From NCBI GenBank assembly GCA_049523135.1, contig JBEKNE010000001.1:82095-146094 (forward strand): a stretch of DNA of 64,000 bases, in the 5' to 3' direction. Below, piece after piece: positions 47,390-57,778 of the stretch. Below the pieces are notes generated by a model. That model was not told where the DNA came from, did not search any database, and saw nothing but the letters and a program-made list of their open reading frames with translations. Within the stretch, counting starts at the first letter, position 1. Every line of letters begins with the position of its first letter. This DNA comes from Candidatus Microgenomates bacterium (lineage in GTDB: Bacteria > Patescibacteriota > Microgenomatia > UBA8517). A program made the translations under genes and the position numbers.

Positions 47390-49177
47390 TTATTGTGCGG
47401 GGCCCGTTCCTCGGAGATAGATAGCTTGCCAGGGCTGGTAATTGCTCACAAAAGTTTTACTATAAATTTCCTTTCCGTCCCTATTAACTGAGTAGTTAAA
47501 AGTAACTTTTGCTCCCCAAGCTTTGAAATCAGTTTGTTTTATTGTTCCGGCAGGAAGAGTTGGGTCGTCCTGGTATAAATCCGGCGGGGGAGCTGTTATA
47601 TCTGTTACAACAGACTTGGAAATTGTAGCAACTCTGCCGTCGGAAGTTCCGTAGAGTTCAAAAATTAACGAATAATTTTTGGGATTGGCAGCAGCCTCTA
47701 TCAGAATGTATGCTGGTGTGTTATTAACAAATTGAAGATCAGGTGACGGGGAATAAACAGTTGCATCCAGCCCTGGCGGAGAATCTTGTTCGTAGTAGCC
47801 AACTCGGTAAGCATGAGCTTGCCTCTCTGTAATCGGGAGACCGGCATTAAGCAGTGCCCTAAAAAGGGTTGTGGAAACTTGGCAAACTCCGCCCCCGTCT
47901 CCGAGAATTGTTTTTCCTTCCGAAATAATGTAGGCCTGTTGATAGCCGGTAAACTGGGATACATCACCAAGCGTTTCATTGAAAGAAAATGTCTGACCGG
48001 GTTTAACTAAAGTTCCGTTAATTTTTGTGGCGGCAAGAACTATATTATGAATCCTGGAAGAAATCGAACCGTAGTAAGTTGAAGTTCCCCGTCCGATAAG
48101 CTCTTTAATTCCCAAGTTATTTACTTCGGATGTTGAAACTTCAGGCGAAGTTCTTGCTACGGGAATGTCAAAACTTAGAGTTTTTTCATCGCCACTGGCA
48201 AGAGAATCAAGCGAATTGGTTAACAGATCTTTAAACCTAGTATCATCAACCTTTATTCCGTCAAGGGCCGGCTGGAATTCCGAGACACGATCGTTATCAA
48301 AAACAAACTTGGGATTTTGTGAGTTTCTGTTAACACTGTTATCAATTTTTTGAATTAAGGCGGAAATACTGCTTTCGGAGTAACCGGACTCAAAATCCAG
48401 GAGGCTTACAATGTCGGAATCTTTCAGAGTAAAAGAATTGAATTCAAAATTCATTGTCAGACCTTTCCCGATAAATTCTTCAGCTCTGTTTTGTAGTGAA
48501 TCTACCTCAGCTTGTGTTAGAGAACTATTAACAATTTCTACAGGTATTTCAATATTGGTTGATTTGTCTAAAGAAAGCGCTTCATGTATTTTTATATTTA
48601 ATAAATATTTATTAACTTCTGTTCCCGGAGAACCTCTACTTATAACAACTTTACTGTTCGCAAGGTTCAAAGAAGGATCAACCGGTTTTACGGAAACCTG
48701 ATCGGAGACGCTGGAGATAAATTTATTAAGTTTTCCTTCATCTATATTTGTTATCAGTCCTAAATCCTTCGGGTATATAAGTAAGTTGATACGGACCAGT
48801 AAATCAGACCAAAAATTTCCGGTTCTCGTATAATTGTAGGCATTTAAGGTTGATGACTCAAAATCATAGTTAAAGTTTATGTCACTTGTTTTTATTTTAA
48901 ATTGTTTGTCTTGATAGGTGAGTACAACTTCATCGGGGGTACTTAAATTTTTTGAAATTTTGTAAGCGGAACTATTTAAGTTTAATCCGCCGATATTTAT
49001 ACCGGCAACCGTAATATTTGGATAAACCTTTTCGGAAAAATCTGCAATATAAAAAATTAAACTTCCGGCAATTAAAATTACAGAAATAAATAGCGCGATA
49101 GCTATGTATAAATAAATTTTCTTTGAAAACTTTTTTGATTTGGGATGTCTTGTCATATTCCCCGCATATGATACCAT
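47390..49177 (-). CDS. VanW-like domain membrane-anchored protein
   Basis: N-terminal TM. ...GDGGGVCQVSTTLFRALLNAGLPITERQAHAYRVGYY... matches VanW. Confidence 0.55.
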   Translation of the reverse strand: MVSYAGNMTRHPKSKKFSKKIYLYIAIALFISVILIAGSLIFYIADFSEKVYPNITVAGINIGGLNLNSSAYKISKNLSTPDEVVLTYQDKQFKIKTSDINFNYDFESSTLNAYNYTRTGNFWSDLLVRINLLIYPKDLGLITNIDEGKLNKFISSVSDQVSVKPVDPSLNLANSKVVISRGSPGTEVNKYLLNIKIHEALSLDKSTNIEIPVEIVNSSLTQAEVDSLQNRAEEFIGKGLTMNFEFNSFTLKDSDIVSLLDFESGYSESSISALIQKIDNSVNRNSQNPKFVFDNDRVSEFQPALDGIKVDDTRFKDLLTNSLDSLASGDEKTLSFDIPVARTSPEVSTSEVNNLGIKELIGRGTSTYYGSISSRIHNIVLAATKINGTLVKPGQTFSFNETLGDVSQFTGYQQAYIISEGKTILGDGGGVCQVSTTLFRALLNAGLPITERQAHAYRVGYYEQDSPPGLDATVYSPSPDLQFVNNTPAYILIEAAANPKNYSLIFELYGTSDGRVATISKSVVTDITAPPPDLYQDDPTLPAGTIKQTDFKAWGAKVTFNYSVNRDGKEIYSKTFVSNYQPWQAIYLRGTGPAQ

Positions 49178-49208
49178 TTAGATATAAACTAAATCCAAGA
49201 ATTTTAAA

Positions 49209-50636
49209 ATGCCACCTAAGAATATTTACGAAAATAGTCCAAACTTAAATTCAACCCCTGTTTCTCAGGCTTCATCCAGTGTTTCACAAACTCCTTCCGT
49301 GTCGGAGTCGATAATCCCTCCGCCCAAGAAGGGGTTCCCGAAGATTTTCATATTTATTGGAGTCGGTTTGGCGGTGTTATTACTAATTTTTCTTGCCGTT
49401 AAACTTTTGACTAAATCTCAAATTATGTCTAACGGTCAGATTACATGGTGGGGTCTTTGGGAAGACCAATCAGTCGTTCAACCTCTTATAACATCTTATG
49501 AAGCTTCCCACCCTGGAGTAAAAATTACTTATATACAGCAGTCTCAGGAAGATTACAGAGAGAGGTTAACTAATGCTTTGGCGAAGGGAACAGGACCTGA
49601 CATTTTTACTTTCCACAATTCATGGGTGCCGATGTTTAAAAACGATCTTGATGCACTTCCATCATCTGTTATGAATCCTTCCGATTACGCAAAAACTTTT
49701 TACCCCGTTATGTCTTCAGATCTTGTTAACGGAAATTCAATTGTCGGTATACCTATTGGTTATGACGCTCTTACCCTTTACATTAATGAGGATATTTTTA
49801 ATAAGGCTGGAGCAACACCACCGACCACGTGGGATGATCTGAGAACGCTTGCACGGCAGCTTACGATTAAAGATGATCAGGGAACTATAATTCAATCCGG
49901 TGTTGCACTGGGTGAGACGTCGAATGTAGACAATTGGCAAGAAATCTTGGCTCTTTTGATGCTTCAAAACGGAGTTGATTTAAGTAACCCGACAGGCAAA
50001 CCCGCCGAAGACGCTTTAACGTTTTTTACTCTTTTTTCGACAACGGATGGCGTTTGGGACGCAACGCTTCCCACATCAACTCAGGCTTTTGCGGCGGGTA
50101 ACTTGGCAATGTATATTGCTCCGAGCTGGCGCGCCTTTGAAATTGAACAAGCGAGCCCAAACTTAAAGTTTAAAACCGTTCCAGTTCCACAACTTCCCAA
50201 GGATAACCCCAATGAGCTCGATATAACTTATGCAACCTACTGGGCGCAGGGAGTTTGGGCAAAAAGTCCAAATAAAACCGCAGCTTGGAACTTTTTGGCA
50301 TATCTTAGTACTCAGGATTCTTTACAAAAACTTTATCAAAACGAGTCTGCCATTAGGGGATTTGGGGAGCCGTATCCGAGAACTGATATGGCAACTCTTC
50401 TTTCAAGCCATCCCATTATCGGGTCTATAATATCTCAGGCGCCCGGTGCCAAGAGCTGGTACCTTGATAGTCGCACCTTTGATGGCGACACAGGGATTAA
50501 TACCCAAATGTCTAATTATTTTGGTGATGCAGTTAATGCTGTTGTCGGCGGCAAAGAAACTGCAACTCAAGCTTTAGCCACGGTGGCACAGGGAGTTAGT
50601 CAGGTCCTTCTACAGTATGGAATGGCGTCAAAATAA
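49209..50636 (+). CDS. extracellular solute-binding protein (ABC transporter SBP family 1)
   Basis: TM anchor then ...ITWWGLWEDQSVVQPLITSYEASHPGVKITY... No permease or ATPase genes lie adjacent. Confidence 0.6.
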   Translation: MPPKNIYENSPNLNSTPVSQASSSVSQTPSVSESIIPPPKKGFPKIFIFIGVGLAVLLLIFLAVKLLTKSQIMSNGQITWWGLWEDQSVVQPLITSYEASHPGVKITYIQQSQEDYRERLTNALAKGTGPDIFTFHNSWVPMFKNDLDALPSSVMNPSDYAKTFYPVMSSDLVNGNSIVGIPIGYDALTLYINEDIFNKAGATPPTTWDDLRTLARQLTIKDDQGTIIQSGVALGETSNVDNWQEILALLMLQNGVDLSNPTGKPAEDALTFFTLFSTTDGVWDATLPTSTQAFAAGNLAMYIAPSWRAFEIEQASPNLKFKTVPVPQLPKDNPNELDITYATYWAQGVWAKSPNKTAAWNFLAYLSTQDSLQKLYQNESAIRGFGEPYPRTDMATLLSSHPIIGSIISQAPGAKSWYLDSRTFDGDTGINTQMSNYFGDAVNAVVGGKETATQALATVAQGVSQVLLQYGMASK

Positions 50637-51436
50637 TGCTTGATAAGTTTGGCAAATTCTCCTTAAGTTACCACGAAATTTTTAACTATCCGCTAACGGC
50701 TAATGAGATGACTCGATGGACTCCCGGCAGAATACCCAATGGTTACAAATGTGATAAAAAAGCCATTTTTAAGAATGGCTATTGGTTTTTTGAAGGAAAA
50801 ACCTCTTTAGTTTCAAAACTCATGAAGAGACATCAGAATTCAACTAAAAAAATGAAGATTGCCCGAAAAGCTTCGAAAATCTTATCTTATATTCCAATGG
50901 TCAAACTAGTTGCCGTTACAGGTTCTTTAGCTATGCGGAATACATCAGAAAACGGAGATATTGATTTATTTATTATTGCTGAAAATGGACGACTTTGGAC
51001 AACAAGACTTAGTGTTTATTTAATATTAAAAATCTTTGGTTTTTCCTTGCGCCGTCCGGGAAGCCAAACACAAAAGGATAAACTTTGCCTGAATATGTGG
51101 ATGGAGGAAAGCGATATGGTTTGGAAAAACCCGAGAAACATATATACCGCTCACGAAATTGCCCAAATAATTTCGCTTGTAAATAAAAATAAAGTTTATG
51201 AGAAATTTTTGTTTAAGAATAGGTGGATTCTGGACTTTTGGCCAAATGCTGTGAGGATTGTAAATTGCAAGTCGGAAAATTCCTTCCATAGAATAAGCTT
51301 CATTGAAAAAATAGCCTTCAAGTTTCAATATTCATATATGAAGAATAAAATGTCTCGAGAGGTTGTCACTCCTACAAGGGCTATATTTCATCCGCTTGAT
51401 TGGGGTAAAATTGTTCTTGCAAAATTAAATATCTGA
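50636..51436 (+). CDS. nucleotidyltransferase-fold (Pol-beta-like) hypothetical protein
   Basis: ...VAVTGSLAMRNTSENGDIDLFIIAENG... carries the minimal NTase GS...DxD motif. Confidence 0.35.
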   Translation: MLDKFGKFSLSYHEIFNYPLTANEMTRWTPGRIPNGYKCDKKAIFKNGYWFFEGKTSLVSKLMKRHQNSTKKMKIARKASKILSYIPMVKLVAVTGSLAMRNTSENGDIDLFIIAENGRLWTTRLSVYLILKIFGFSLRRPGSQTQKDKLCLNMWMEESDMVWKNPRNIYTAHEIAQIISLVNKNKVYEKFLFKNRWILDFWPNAVRIVNCKSENSFHRISFIEKIAFKFQYSYMKNKMSREVVTPTRAIFHPLDWGKIVLAKLNI

Positions 51437-51440
51437 AAAA

Positions 51441-51974
51441 ATGAATTACTACAGACTTAAATTTAAGAACATTGTCAGGGATCTTCCACTTGTTGCAATT
51501 GCTTCAAAAGTGAGGGTGGCATCGGTTAATTTTTTGGGCGATACGGAATTGTCGGAAATCATATCCCGCGAAGTGGTCAAACAAATTAAATCTATAGATT
51601 TTGATATTTTGGTTGGCCCAGAAGTAAAGGTCGTACCTATTTTGCATGAAGCTACAAGATTGTTGGGTAAGAAAAAGTATGTAGTTTGTCGGAAAAATAT
51701 TCACGGCTATATGGTTTCTCCCGTAACCTCGAAGACAAATCCCCAGCTTGTGATTGACGGGAAAGATGCGGATTTATTGAAGGGAAAAAGAGTGGTAATT
51801 CTTGATGACGTGGTTTCCTCGGGAAAAACCATTAAGGCAATCAGTGATTTGATTGAAACCACCGGAGGAAAAGTTGTCAAGATTATTGCGATTTTTAAAC
51901 AGGAAAATTTAAAAGAAGATTTAGGAAAGGACTTTTTATACCTCTCGACTCTTCCTGTTTTTCTTTCCCATTGA
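51441..51974 (+). CDS. phosphoribosyltransferase-domain protein
   Basis: PRPP-binding motif ...KRVVILDDVVSSGKTIKAI... Confidence 0.6.
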   Translation: MNYYRLKFKNIVRDLPLVAIASKVRVASVNFLGDTELSEIISREVVKQIKSIDFDILVGPEVKVVPILHEATRLLGKKKYVVCRKNIHGYMVSPVTSKTNPQLVIDGKDADLLKGKRVVILDDVVSSGKTIKAISDLIETTGGKVVKIIAIFKQENLKEDLGKDFLYLSTLPVFLSH

Positions 51975-52086
51975 CTCGGTTTTTAGTTGATTTATACTAG
52001 AACTAACAATATAAGAACCCGTAAGCCGCGGGAAAATTTATACAATGGCAGAAATTAATTTATATCTTGAAGTTTTTGAATTTATC

Positions 52087-52107
52087 CCGCCACCCGGCGG
52101 TTTTTTT
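52087..52107 (+). terminator. rho-independent terminator
   Basis: CCGCCacccGGCGGttttttt. It lies inside the N-terminal extension of the ORF-track ORF 52067, which argues the real start is ATG 52115. Confidence 0.55.
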
Positions 52108-52114
52108 GTTTGAT

Positions 52115-53497
52115 ATGTCTTGTAAAGAATTTATTCAGGATGAATATCCATCATACAAAGTCGATTCTGCCACCAACTATAATCTCGCAAAAGTATTTGA
52201 GATTATAAATCCGGAAGAGTTTGGCAAGACGCTACTATCGGCCAGAAGGGTTGGTAAACTTTATGCGAAAAAAAATATTGGGGATTTTGATCCGGATCAA
52301 GTTTCTCAGGAGCTACATTTGCTTGGCAAAGAAGTCGATAGCAGAATAATTACTGATAATTTCAAACAAATAGATTTACTAGTTGAGGCACTTGACCCAC
52401 TTGTTGGTTATCACACAAATATAATATCTAATAAGTTTGCCAATACATGTTCAAAGATAGATATAGAGATGGTAGCCAAAGACGAAGTAAAACAAATTAT
52501 CGGCTGGAGATTGGATCCTGGGCTTTTTGAAAATGAGAAATACCGTTGGGGAAAGGAAATATCTAAACTTGTAAGTGCAAATTTAGCCAACCTGCCTTTT
52601 AAAATAGCCAAAGATAGAGATTTACAGGTACGTCTTAATGAAGAAATAGACGGTCACAATACAACACCCGAGTGTGTTCTAATTGAGAAGGAAGAATCGG
52701 AAGAAATATTTGCTGCAATAAGAAAGATGCCGCCTGCTTTAAGGAAAATAGCGATTGAAATGGTGGGAAACAGGTCTTTTAACTCCATAAATCTATGTGA
52801 ATCACAGCGGGATGAAATGAAGAAGTTTTTAATAGAGCAAATTCCTGAATTGGGTGAAACTTTTCGGGTGGCCAAAAAGGTCAGGAAAAGCGTGAATACT
52901 GTGGGGATGGTGAGTGAGGACGGATTTCCAATCTTTGATAATATTCCTTTGGAAAAAGTGTTTGGCCATATAATTTCACTTAATCTTCTACAACAAAAAG
53001 TCGTTTTTTATTATGTAGGTTATCTTGACACCTCTTTAAGCCAAAATGAATTTGCCAGAAAACACAATCTCCCGGGAATTAATACCGTTTCCGAGACCCT
53101 AACATCGTCTAGGAGGGAACTTCTTTGCCAAATTGGAAATAATCCTACACACCCCTTATCGGAAAAAGGTTCCTTGGTTCCGCATATCGAACAGGCCAAC
53201 TCATATAGGCGGCGGGAATATTCAAATGGCAACACTTTTCCGGAAACTGCTGTGGCAAGACAGTCAATTCTCGTGTATTTAGAAAAATCCCCCAATGTCT
53301 CCTTTTTTGAAGAAAAGATTGAAGGTTTATATCACAGAAATTCTCCCCGTTCATACCAAATAGTTAAATATGTTATTGATGGGTTGACTAATAGAGAAAT
53401 TGCAGAAAAAATGTCCATAACCGAATCGTGTGTTAAGAGTATGATTTGCACGATATCCAAAAAAATAGCAGCCGCATCGGAAATGGAATTTCAATAA
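52115..53497 (+). CDS. LuxR-family (GerE-type HTH) transcriptional regulator with long N-terminal domain
   Basis: C-terminal HTH ...VKYVIDGLTNREIAEKMSITESCVKSMICTISKKI... Confidence 0.5.
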   Translation: MSCKEFIQDEYPSYKVDSATNYNLAKVFEIINPEEFGKTLLSARRVGKLYAKKNIGDFDPDQVSQELHLLGKEVDSRIITDNFKQIDLLVEALDPLVGYHTNIISNKFANTCSKIDIEMVAKDEVKQIIGWRLDPGLFENEKYRWGKEISKLVSANLANLPFKIAKDRDLQVRLNEEIDGHNTTPECVLIEKEESEEIFAAIRKMPPALRKIAIEMVGNRSFNSINLCESQRDEMKKFLIEQIPELGETFRVAKKVRKSVNTVGMVSEDGFPIFDNIPLEKVFGHIISLNLLQQKVVFYYVGYLDTSLSQNEFARKHNLPGINTVSETLTSSRRELLCQIGNNPTHPLSEKGSLVPHIEQANSYRRREYSNGNTFPETAVARQSILVYLEKSPNVSFFEEKIEGLYHRNSPRSYQIVKYVIDGLTNREIAEKMSITESCVKSMICTISKKIAAASEMEFQ

Positions 53498-53509
53498 TTC
53501 CACATCCTC

Positions 53510-53563
53510 TTGACATGGCAGAATTTAGCCTCTAAAATAGCACTCATTGAGTTAGAATGCTAA
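53510..53563 (+). promoter_or_regulatory. groESL promoter (TTGACA-N17-TAAAAT) overlapping a CIRCE-like HrcA operator
   Basis: ttgaca at 53510-53515 and taaaat at 53533-53538. Inverted repeat atAGCACTC-attgagtta-GAatGCTAA at 53537-53563, versus the CIRCE consensus TTAGCACTC-N9-GAGTGCTAA. Confidence 0.55.
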
Positions 53564-53582
53564 TCGCAAAAGGGTAACAAAT

Positions 53583-53864
53583 ATGACAAAATTAAATCTA
53601 AAGCCCACAGCAGGGTATCTTCTAATTGAGCCTCTTGATAAAGAGATCAAAACAGCTTCAGGTATTTATCTTCCCGATACGGCAGGCGAGAAACCTCAAA
53701 AAGGAAAAGTGTTGGCTGTCGGTGAGGATATGAAGGATCAAAAAAAACCCTGTGCCAAAGGCGCTATCGTTTTTTATAAAAAATGGGGAGGAAACGAAGT
53801 CAAAATTGACGGGAAAGAATACTTGTTTGTGAAATTTGAGGATGTCTTAGCTGTCGAAGGCTAA
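53583..53864 (+). CDS. groES: co-chaperonin GroES
   Basis: [48 protein letters not shown]... Confidence 0.9.
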   Translation: MTKLNLKPTAGYLLIEPLDKEIKTASGIYLPDTAGEKPQKGKVLAVGEDMKDQKKPCAKGAIVFYKKWGGNEVKIDGKEYLFVKFEDVLAVEG

Positions 53865-53889
53865 CCATAGTGGTGAGCGAAGTCGAACC

Positions 53890-55518
53890 ATGGCAAAACA
53901 ATTAAAATTCAGTAAAGATGCAAGAGAGTCTCTTCTAAAAGGTATTGATATCGTGGCCAAAGCGGTTGTAACTACTCTTGGACCAAAAGGTAGGAATATT
54001 GCCCTAGATAAAAAGTGGGGCGCTCCGAATATAGTTCATGACGGTGTAACCGTAGCCAAGGAAATTGATCTTCCCGACCCCTTTGAGAATATGGGAGCCC
54101 AACTTGTTAAAGAAGCTGCCAGTAAAACCAATGATAATGCGGGTGATGGAACCACAACCTCGACTCTTCTGGCCCAAGTAATGACCGCTAAAGGTATGAC
54201 AAAGATTAATGCCGGAGCAAATCCGATGATTGTAAAGCGCGGAATTGAAAAAGCAGTTGAGGCAGTAACGGAGGAACTTAAGAAAATGGCGAAACCCATT
54301 AAAGGTAAGGAGGAAATTGCTCAAGTTGCCAGTATATCCGCGGGAGATACCGAGATTGGCGCCAAAATTGCGGAAGCACTCGATAAAGTTGGCCGCGATG
54401 GAGTTGTAACGGTTGAGGAAGGAAAAGGCTTAACAATAGATATTGAATATAAAGAAGGAATGGAATTTGACAGGGGTTATGCCTCAGCTTATTTTGTAAC
54501 AAACCCCGATAAAATGGAGGCAGAAATTGAAAACGCCTACATTCTTTTGACTGATAAGAAAATTTCCGCAATTGCCGATCTTCTTCCTTTTTTGGAAAAG
54601 TTTGTAAAAGTTTCCAAAGATCTAGTGATCATTGCCGATGAGATTGAAGGTGAGGCACTTGCAACGCTGGTTGTTAACAGACTTAAAGGCACAATTAATG
54701 TTTTAGCAATTAAAGCTCCCGGCTTTGGCGACAGAAGGAAGGAAATATTGGAAGATATTGCAATTCTTACGGGTGGAACTGTTATAAGTGAGGATACAGG
54801 ACGAACCTTCGAATCTATTGAAGTTTCTGATCTTGGTCAGGCAGATAAAGTTTGGGCAGATAAAGACAATGCCAGAATAATCGGCGGAAAAGGTGATAAA
54901 AAGACAATTGATGCCAGAATTGCTTCAATAAGAAAACAAATTGACGCTTCCGATTCCGATTTTGATAAGGAAAAGTTTGAAGAAAGACTTGCAAAGCTTG
55001 CCGGTGGAGTTGCTCAGATAAATGTCGGAGCGGCAACCGAGATTGAACTAAATGACAAGAAAGAAAGAGTTAAAGATGCGGTTGGAGCTACCAAAGCGGC
55101 CACCGAAGAAGGAATTGTCCCGGGTGGAGAAACTGCCTTCTTAAGAGCCCGCGAGGCCGTAAAGAAAGTTAAAGTTGAAAAAGGTGATGAACAAATTGGA
55201 GTAGACATTGTTTATGAAGCTCTCGAGGAACCGATTAAATGGCTTTCCAAAAATGCAGGCGAGGATGGAGAAGAAGTGCTAAAGAAGGTCTTAGCCAGTA
55301 AAGATGTTGAATTTGGTTACAATGCTCTAATCGGTGAATACGGCTCAATGTTGAAAATGGGAATTGTTGATCCAGTTAAAGTTACCAGAAGCGCACTCCA
55401 AAATGCCGCAAGCGTTGCCATGATGGTACTTACTACCGAAGGACTTGTAACTGATATCCCTGAAGAAAAGAAAGAACCTATGATGCCTCAAGGCGGGATG
55501 GGTGGAATGGACTACTAA
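53890..55518 (+). CDS. groEL: chaperonin GroEL
   Basis: 542 aa: ...[12 protein letters not shown]... with a C-terminal GGMGGMDY tail. Confidence 0.95.
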   Translation: MAKQLKFSKDARESLLKGIDIVAKAVVTTLGPKGRNIALDKKWGAPNIVHDGVTVAKEIDLPDPFENMGAQLVKEAASKTNDNAGDGTTTSTLLAQVMTAKGMTKINAGANPMIVKRGIEKAVEAVTEELKKMAKPIKGKEEIAQVASISAGDTEIGAKIAEALDKVGRDGVVTVEEGKGLTIDIEYKEGMEFDRGYASAYFVTNPDKMEAEIENAYILLTDKKISAIADLLPFLEKFVKVSKDLVIIADEIEGEALATLVVNRLKGTINVLAIKAPGFGDRRKEILEDIAILTGGTVISEDTGRTFESIEVSDLGQADKVWADKDNARIIGGKGDKKTIDARIASIRKQIDASDSDFDKEKFEERLAKLAGGVAQINVGAATEIELNDKKERVKDAVGATKAATEEGIVPGGETAFLRAREAVKKVKVEKGDEQIGVDIVYEALEEPIKWLSKNAGEDGEEVLKKVLASKDVEFGYNALIGEYGSMLKMGIVDPVKVTRSALQNAASVAMMVLTTEGLVTDIPEEKKEPMMPQGGMGGMDY

Positions 55519-55542
55519 AAACTTCTTGAGATTTAACTCCTT

Positions 55543-56010
55543 TTGTGTAATTATTGCGCCATGAATGCTGAAATTAGTGAAAAGCGGCTTCCAGAAAAAG
55601 AGGGGGTAATATTTTTGATCTACAAGAATGGAAAGGTTCTCCTTGAAAAGAGAACACGACCTGATAAGGCATATTTCGGCTATATAATAATTCCTGGTGG
55701 TAAATTTGAAAAAGGTATCGATTCAAATCACGAAGATGCTGTTAGGAGAGAAATATCCGAGGAATGTGGTTGTATAGCAATTAAAGGTATGGTGTTATTA
55801 GATAACTATCTTCAGACAACAATAACTAATCATCTTTATGATGTTTCTGCATATTTAATAACAGATTTCGATGGAGAGATAACCAACCCCGAAGAAAAGT
55901 CTGAACATATTTGGGTTGATTTGGAAAAGGCTAAAAACTACCTATCATTCGCCGATAGCAGATATATTATTACTATGGCTAGAGAAGTGTTACTGAGACA
56001 AAACCGTTAG
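55543..56010 (+). CDS. NUDIX hydrolase
   Basis: Nudix box GGKFEKGIDSNHEDAVRREISEECG. Confidence 0.7.
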   Translation: MCNYCAMNAEISEKRLPEKEGVIFLIYKNGKVLLEKRTRPDKAYFGYIIIPGGKFEKGIDSNHEDAVRREISEECGCIAIKGMVLLDNYLQTTITNHLYDVSAYLITDFDGEITNPEEKSEHIWVDLEKAKNYLSFADSRYIITMAREVLLRQNR

Positions 56011-56664
56011 GGGGTTAAGAGGAACTCCGTTTTGATGAATTTCCAAGTGTAAATGAGGGCCTGTTGCATGCCCGGTTTCCCCCATTTTTCCTATCTCCGT
56101 GTTCATGTCCACGCTTTGCCCTATTTTTACTTCAATTTTACTTAAATGGGCATAATATGATTCGTAGCCGTTGGCATGTGAGATGACAACTAAATTTCCA
56201 TATCCGGAATAATCCCAACCGGCATAAGTTACCACACCGGCCATAACCGGCTTTATCGGATCTCCTTTTTCTCCGCCAAGGTCAACCCCCAAGTGGAAGA
56301 TACTAAATCCCTGATTAATTCGGACGGTTTGTACAGGATACTGCATTCCCTTTTGAGTAATAAGATTTGTTTGGGTTTCAATTACCTGATCATCCGTACC
56401 CTGAGCTTGGACATTGGTTGTCTGGGGAATAAAGGTCGTAGCGATTGCCAAAATAGCAAAATTAGCCGCGAATACTTTTCTGATACCCTTATGGTCAGCA
56501 AAATATCTGGCTAGCCTTCCTGCGAAGGTTCCTTTTCTGTATTTCTTATTTACAACGGACGGAGCCGGCAAAATAGGCTCATCCATTAGAGGCTTTCGCC
56601 TTTTGACAAGTTTTAGTTGTACTTGAAGGCGATGCTTAGGTAACTCAAGGTTAATTTTTTGCAT
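55990..56664 (-). CDS. M23 family peptidase (LytM domain)
   Basis: ...HLGVDLGG...GNLVVISHANGYESYYAHLS...GETGHATGPHLHLEI... Confidence 0.75.
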   Translation of the reverse strand: MQKINLELPKHRLQVQLKLVKRRKPLMDEPILPAPSVVNKKYRKGTFAGRLARYFADHKGIRKVFAANFAILAIATTFIPQTTNVQAQGTDDQVIETQTNLITQKGMQYPVQTVRINQGFSIFHLGVDLGGEKGDPIKPVMAGVVTYAGWDYSGYGNLVVISHANGYESYYAHLSKIEVKIGQSVDMNTEIGKMGETGHATGPHLHLEIHQNGVPLNPLTVLSQ

Positions 56665-56762
56665 ATTCGGGCAGGCACAAAAAATCCCGCAAATTGCGGG
56701 ATGAGCCGCTATTTTAACCTATGAAAAGGGAAGAAGTCAAGTTTGGGGAAACCTAAATTTAT

Positions 56763-56837
56763 TGGAGGCCGGAGCGGGAATCGAACCCGCGCATAGAAGT
56801 TTTGCAGACTCCCGCGTTTCCACTTCGCCATCCGGCC
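56763..56837 (-). tRNA. tRNA-Cys (anticodon GCA), CCA encoded
   Basis: The rc reads GGCCGGA-TG-GCGAAGTGGAAACGC-GGGAGT-CTGCAAA-ACTTC-TATGC-GCGGGTTCGATTCCCGC-TCCGGCC-T-CCA. Confidence 0.8.
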
Positions 56838-56882
56838 ACGCGCTTGTATTGTAGCATATTCTTTTGTTACACTCGGTCCGAG

Positions 56883-57776
56883 ATGAAGACTTTTAGGACG
56901 ATTTTAATTACATTTATATCTTTTTGCATTTTGGTGATCACAGTATTTTTTCTGATCGGTTATTTTAGACCAAAACCCGGAGGAATTAAGATTGATACAA
57001 CTACCGCTGCCAGTGTTTATATAAACGGAGCATTGGTTGGTTCAACTCCTTATAACGAGTTTTATCCTGCCGGGGAGATAACCTTGAAGCTGGTGCCCGA
57101 AGGAAATGAAAACAATTTAGTACCTTTTGAAATAAAAGTTAATATAACCTCCGGAATTCAGACGGTTGTTGAAAGGAGTTTTGGGAGTACAGAGGATGCT
57201 TCCTCCGATTATGTTATTTCGTTTGATAAAAACGGCTCCGAAAATTCTGGTTTGGTCGTTGTTTCAAGACCTGAAAATGCTGAAGTTGAAATAGACGGAG
57301 TCTCAAGGGGTTTTGCTCCGTATGAAGATTCAACTGTTAATCCCGGATTGCATGCGGTTACCGTCAAAGCTCCGGGCTATGCCGATGCCTCAATGACTGT
57401 AAGTACAGTGATTGGGTATAGACTTACATTTTTTGCGAAACTTGAGAAGGGGATTAGTAGTGAAGAAACACAAACAATGCCGGTACAAACTTCTCCACCA
57501 GATCAAGATAAACCTTATGTTCAAATACAAAATACACCAACAGGCTATCTGAGAGTTAGAAGTAAACCCGGTTTGGCGGGAGTGGAAATAGCTCAAGTTT
57601 CTCCCGGTGATAAATTTCCCTATCTTGATGAAGATGTGGCAACCGGATGGTTGGAGATTCAATATCAGGGGCCTACAGTCGCTTCAGCCTCAGGAGTAGT
57701 AGGTTGGGTTTCGGGAGATTTTGCCAAAAAAGTTATGCTCTCAAGTACCTCTACGCCGAGTGCCGGCTTAAAATAA
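56883..57776 (+). CDS. membrane-anchored protein with PEGA-like and bacterial SH3 (SH3b) domains
   Basis: The ORF track starts at TTG 56802 inside tRNA-Cys. ATG 56883 (MKTFRTILITF..., TM) is preferred. PEGA-like region ...VYINGALVGSTPY... and ...VEIDGVSRGFAPYE.... The C-terminus ...GYLRVRSKPGLAGVEIAQVSPGDKFPY...GWVSGDF is SH3b-like. Confidence 0.5.
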   Translation: MKTFRTILITFISFCILVITVFFLIGYFRPKPGGIKIDTTTAASVYINGALVGSTPYNEFYPAGEITLKLVPEGNENNLVPFEIKVNITSGIQTVVERSFGSTEDASSDYVISFDKNGSENSGLVVVSRPENAEVEIDGVSRGFAPYEDSTVNPGLHAVTVKAPGYADASMTVSTVIGYRLTFFAKLEKGISSEETQTMPVQTSPPDQDKPYVQIQNTPTGYLRVRSKPGLAGVEIAQVSPGDKFPYLDEDVATGWLEIQYQGPTVASASGVVGWVSGDFAKKVMLSSTSTPSAGLK

Positions 57777-57778
57777 GC

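Noticed and set aside
52067-52114. First 16 codons of ORF 52067-53497
   Set aside because: They contain a canonical rho-independent terminator (CCGCCacccGGCGG + T7). The true start is taken as ATG 52115.
54004-54571. Three 87-106-aa minus-strand ORFs
   Set aside because: They lie antisense within groEL. They are not credible.
56802-56882. N-terminal 27 codons of ORF 56802-57776
   Set aside because: The TTG start lies inside tRNA-Cys on the opposite strand. I preferred ATG 56883, which gives a signal-anchor N-terminus.
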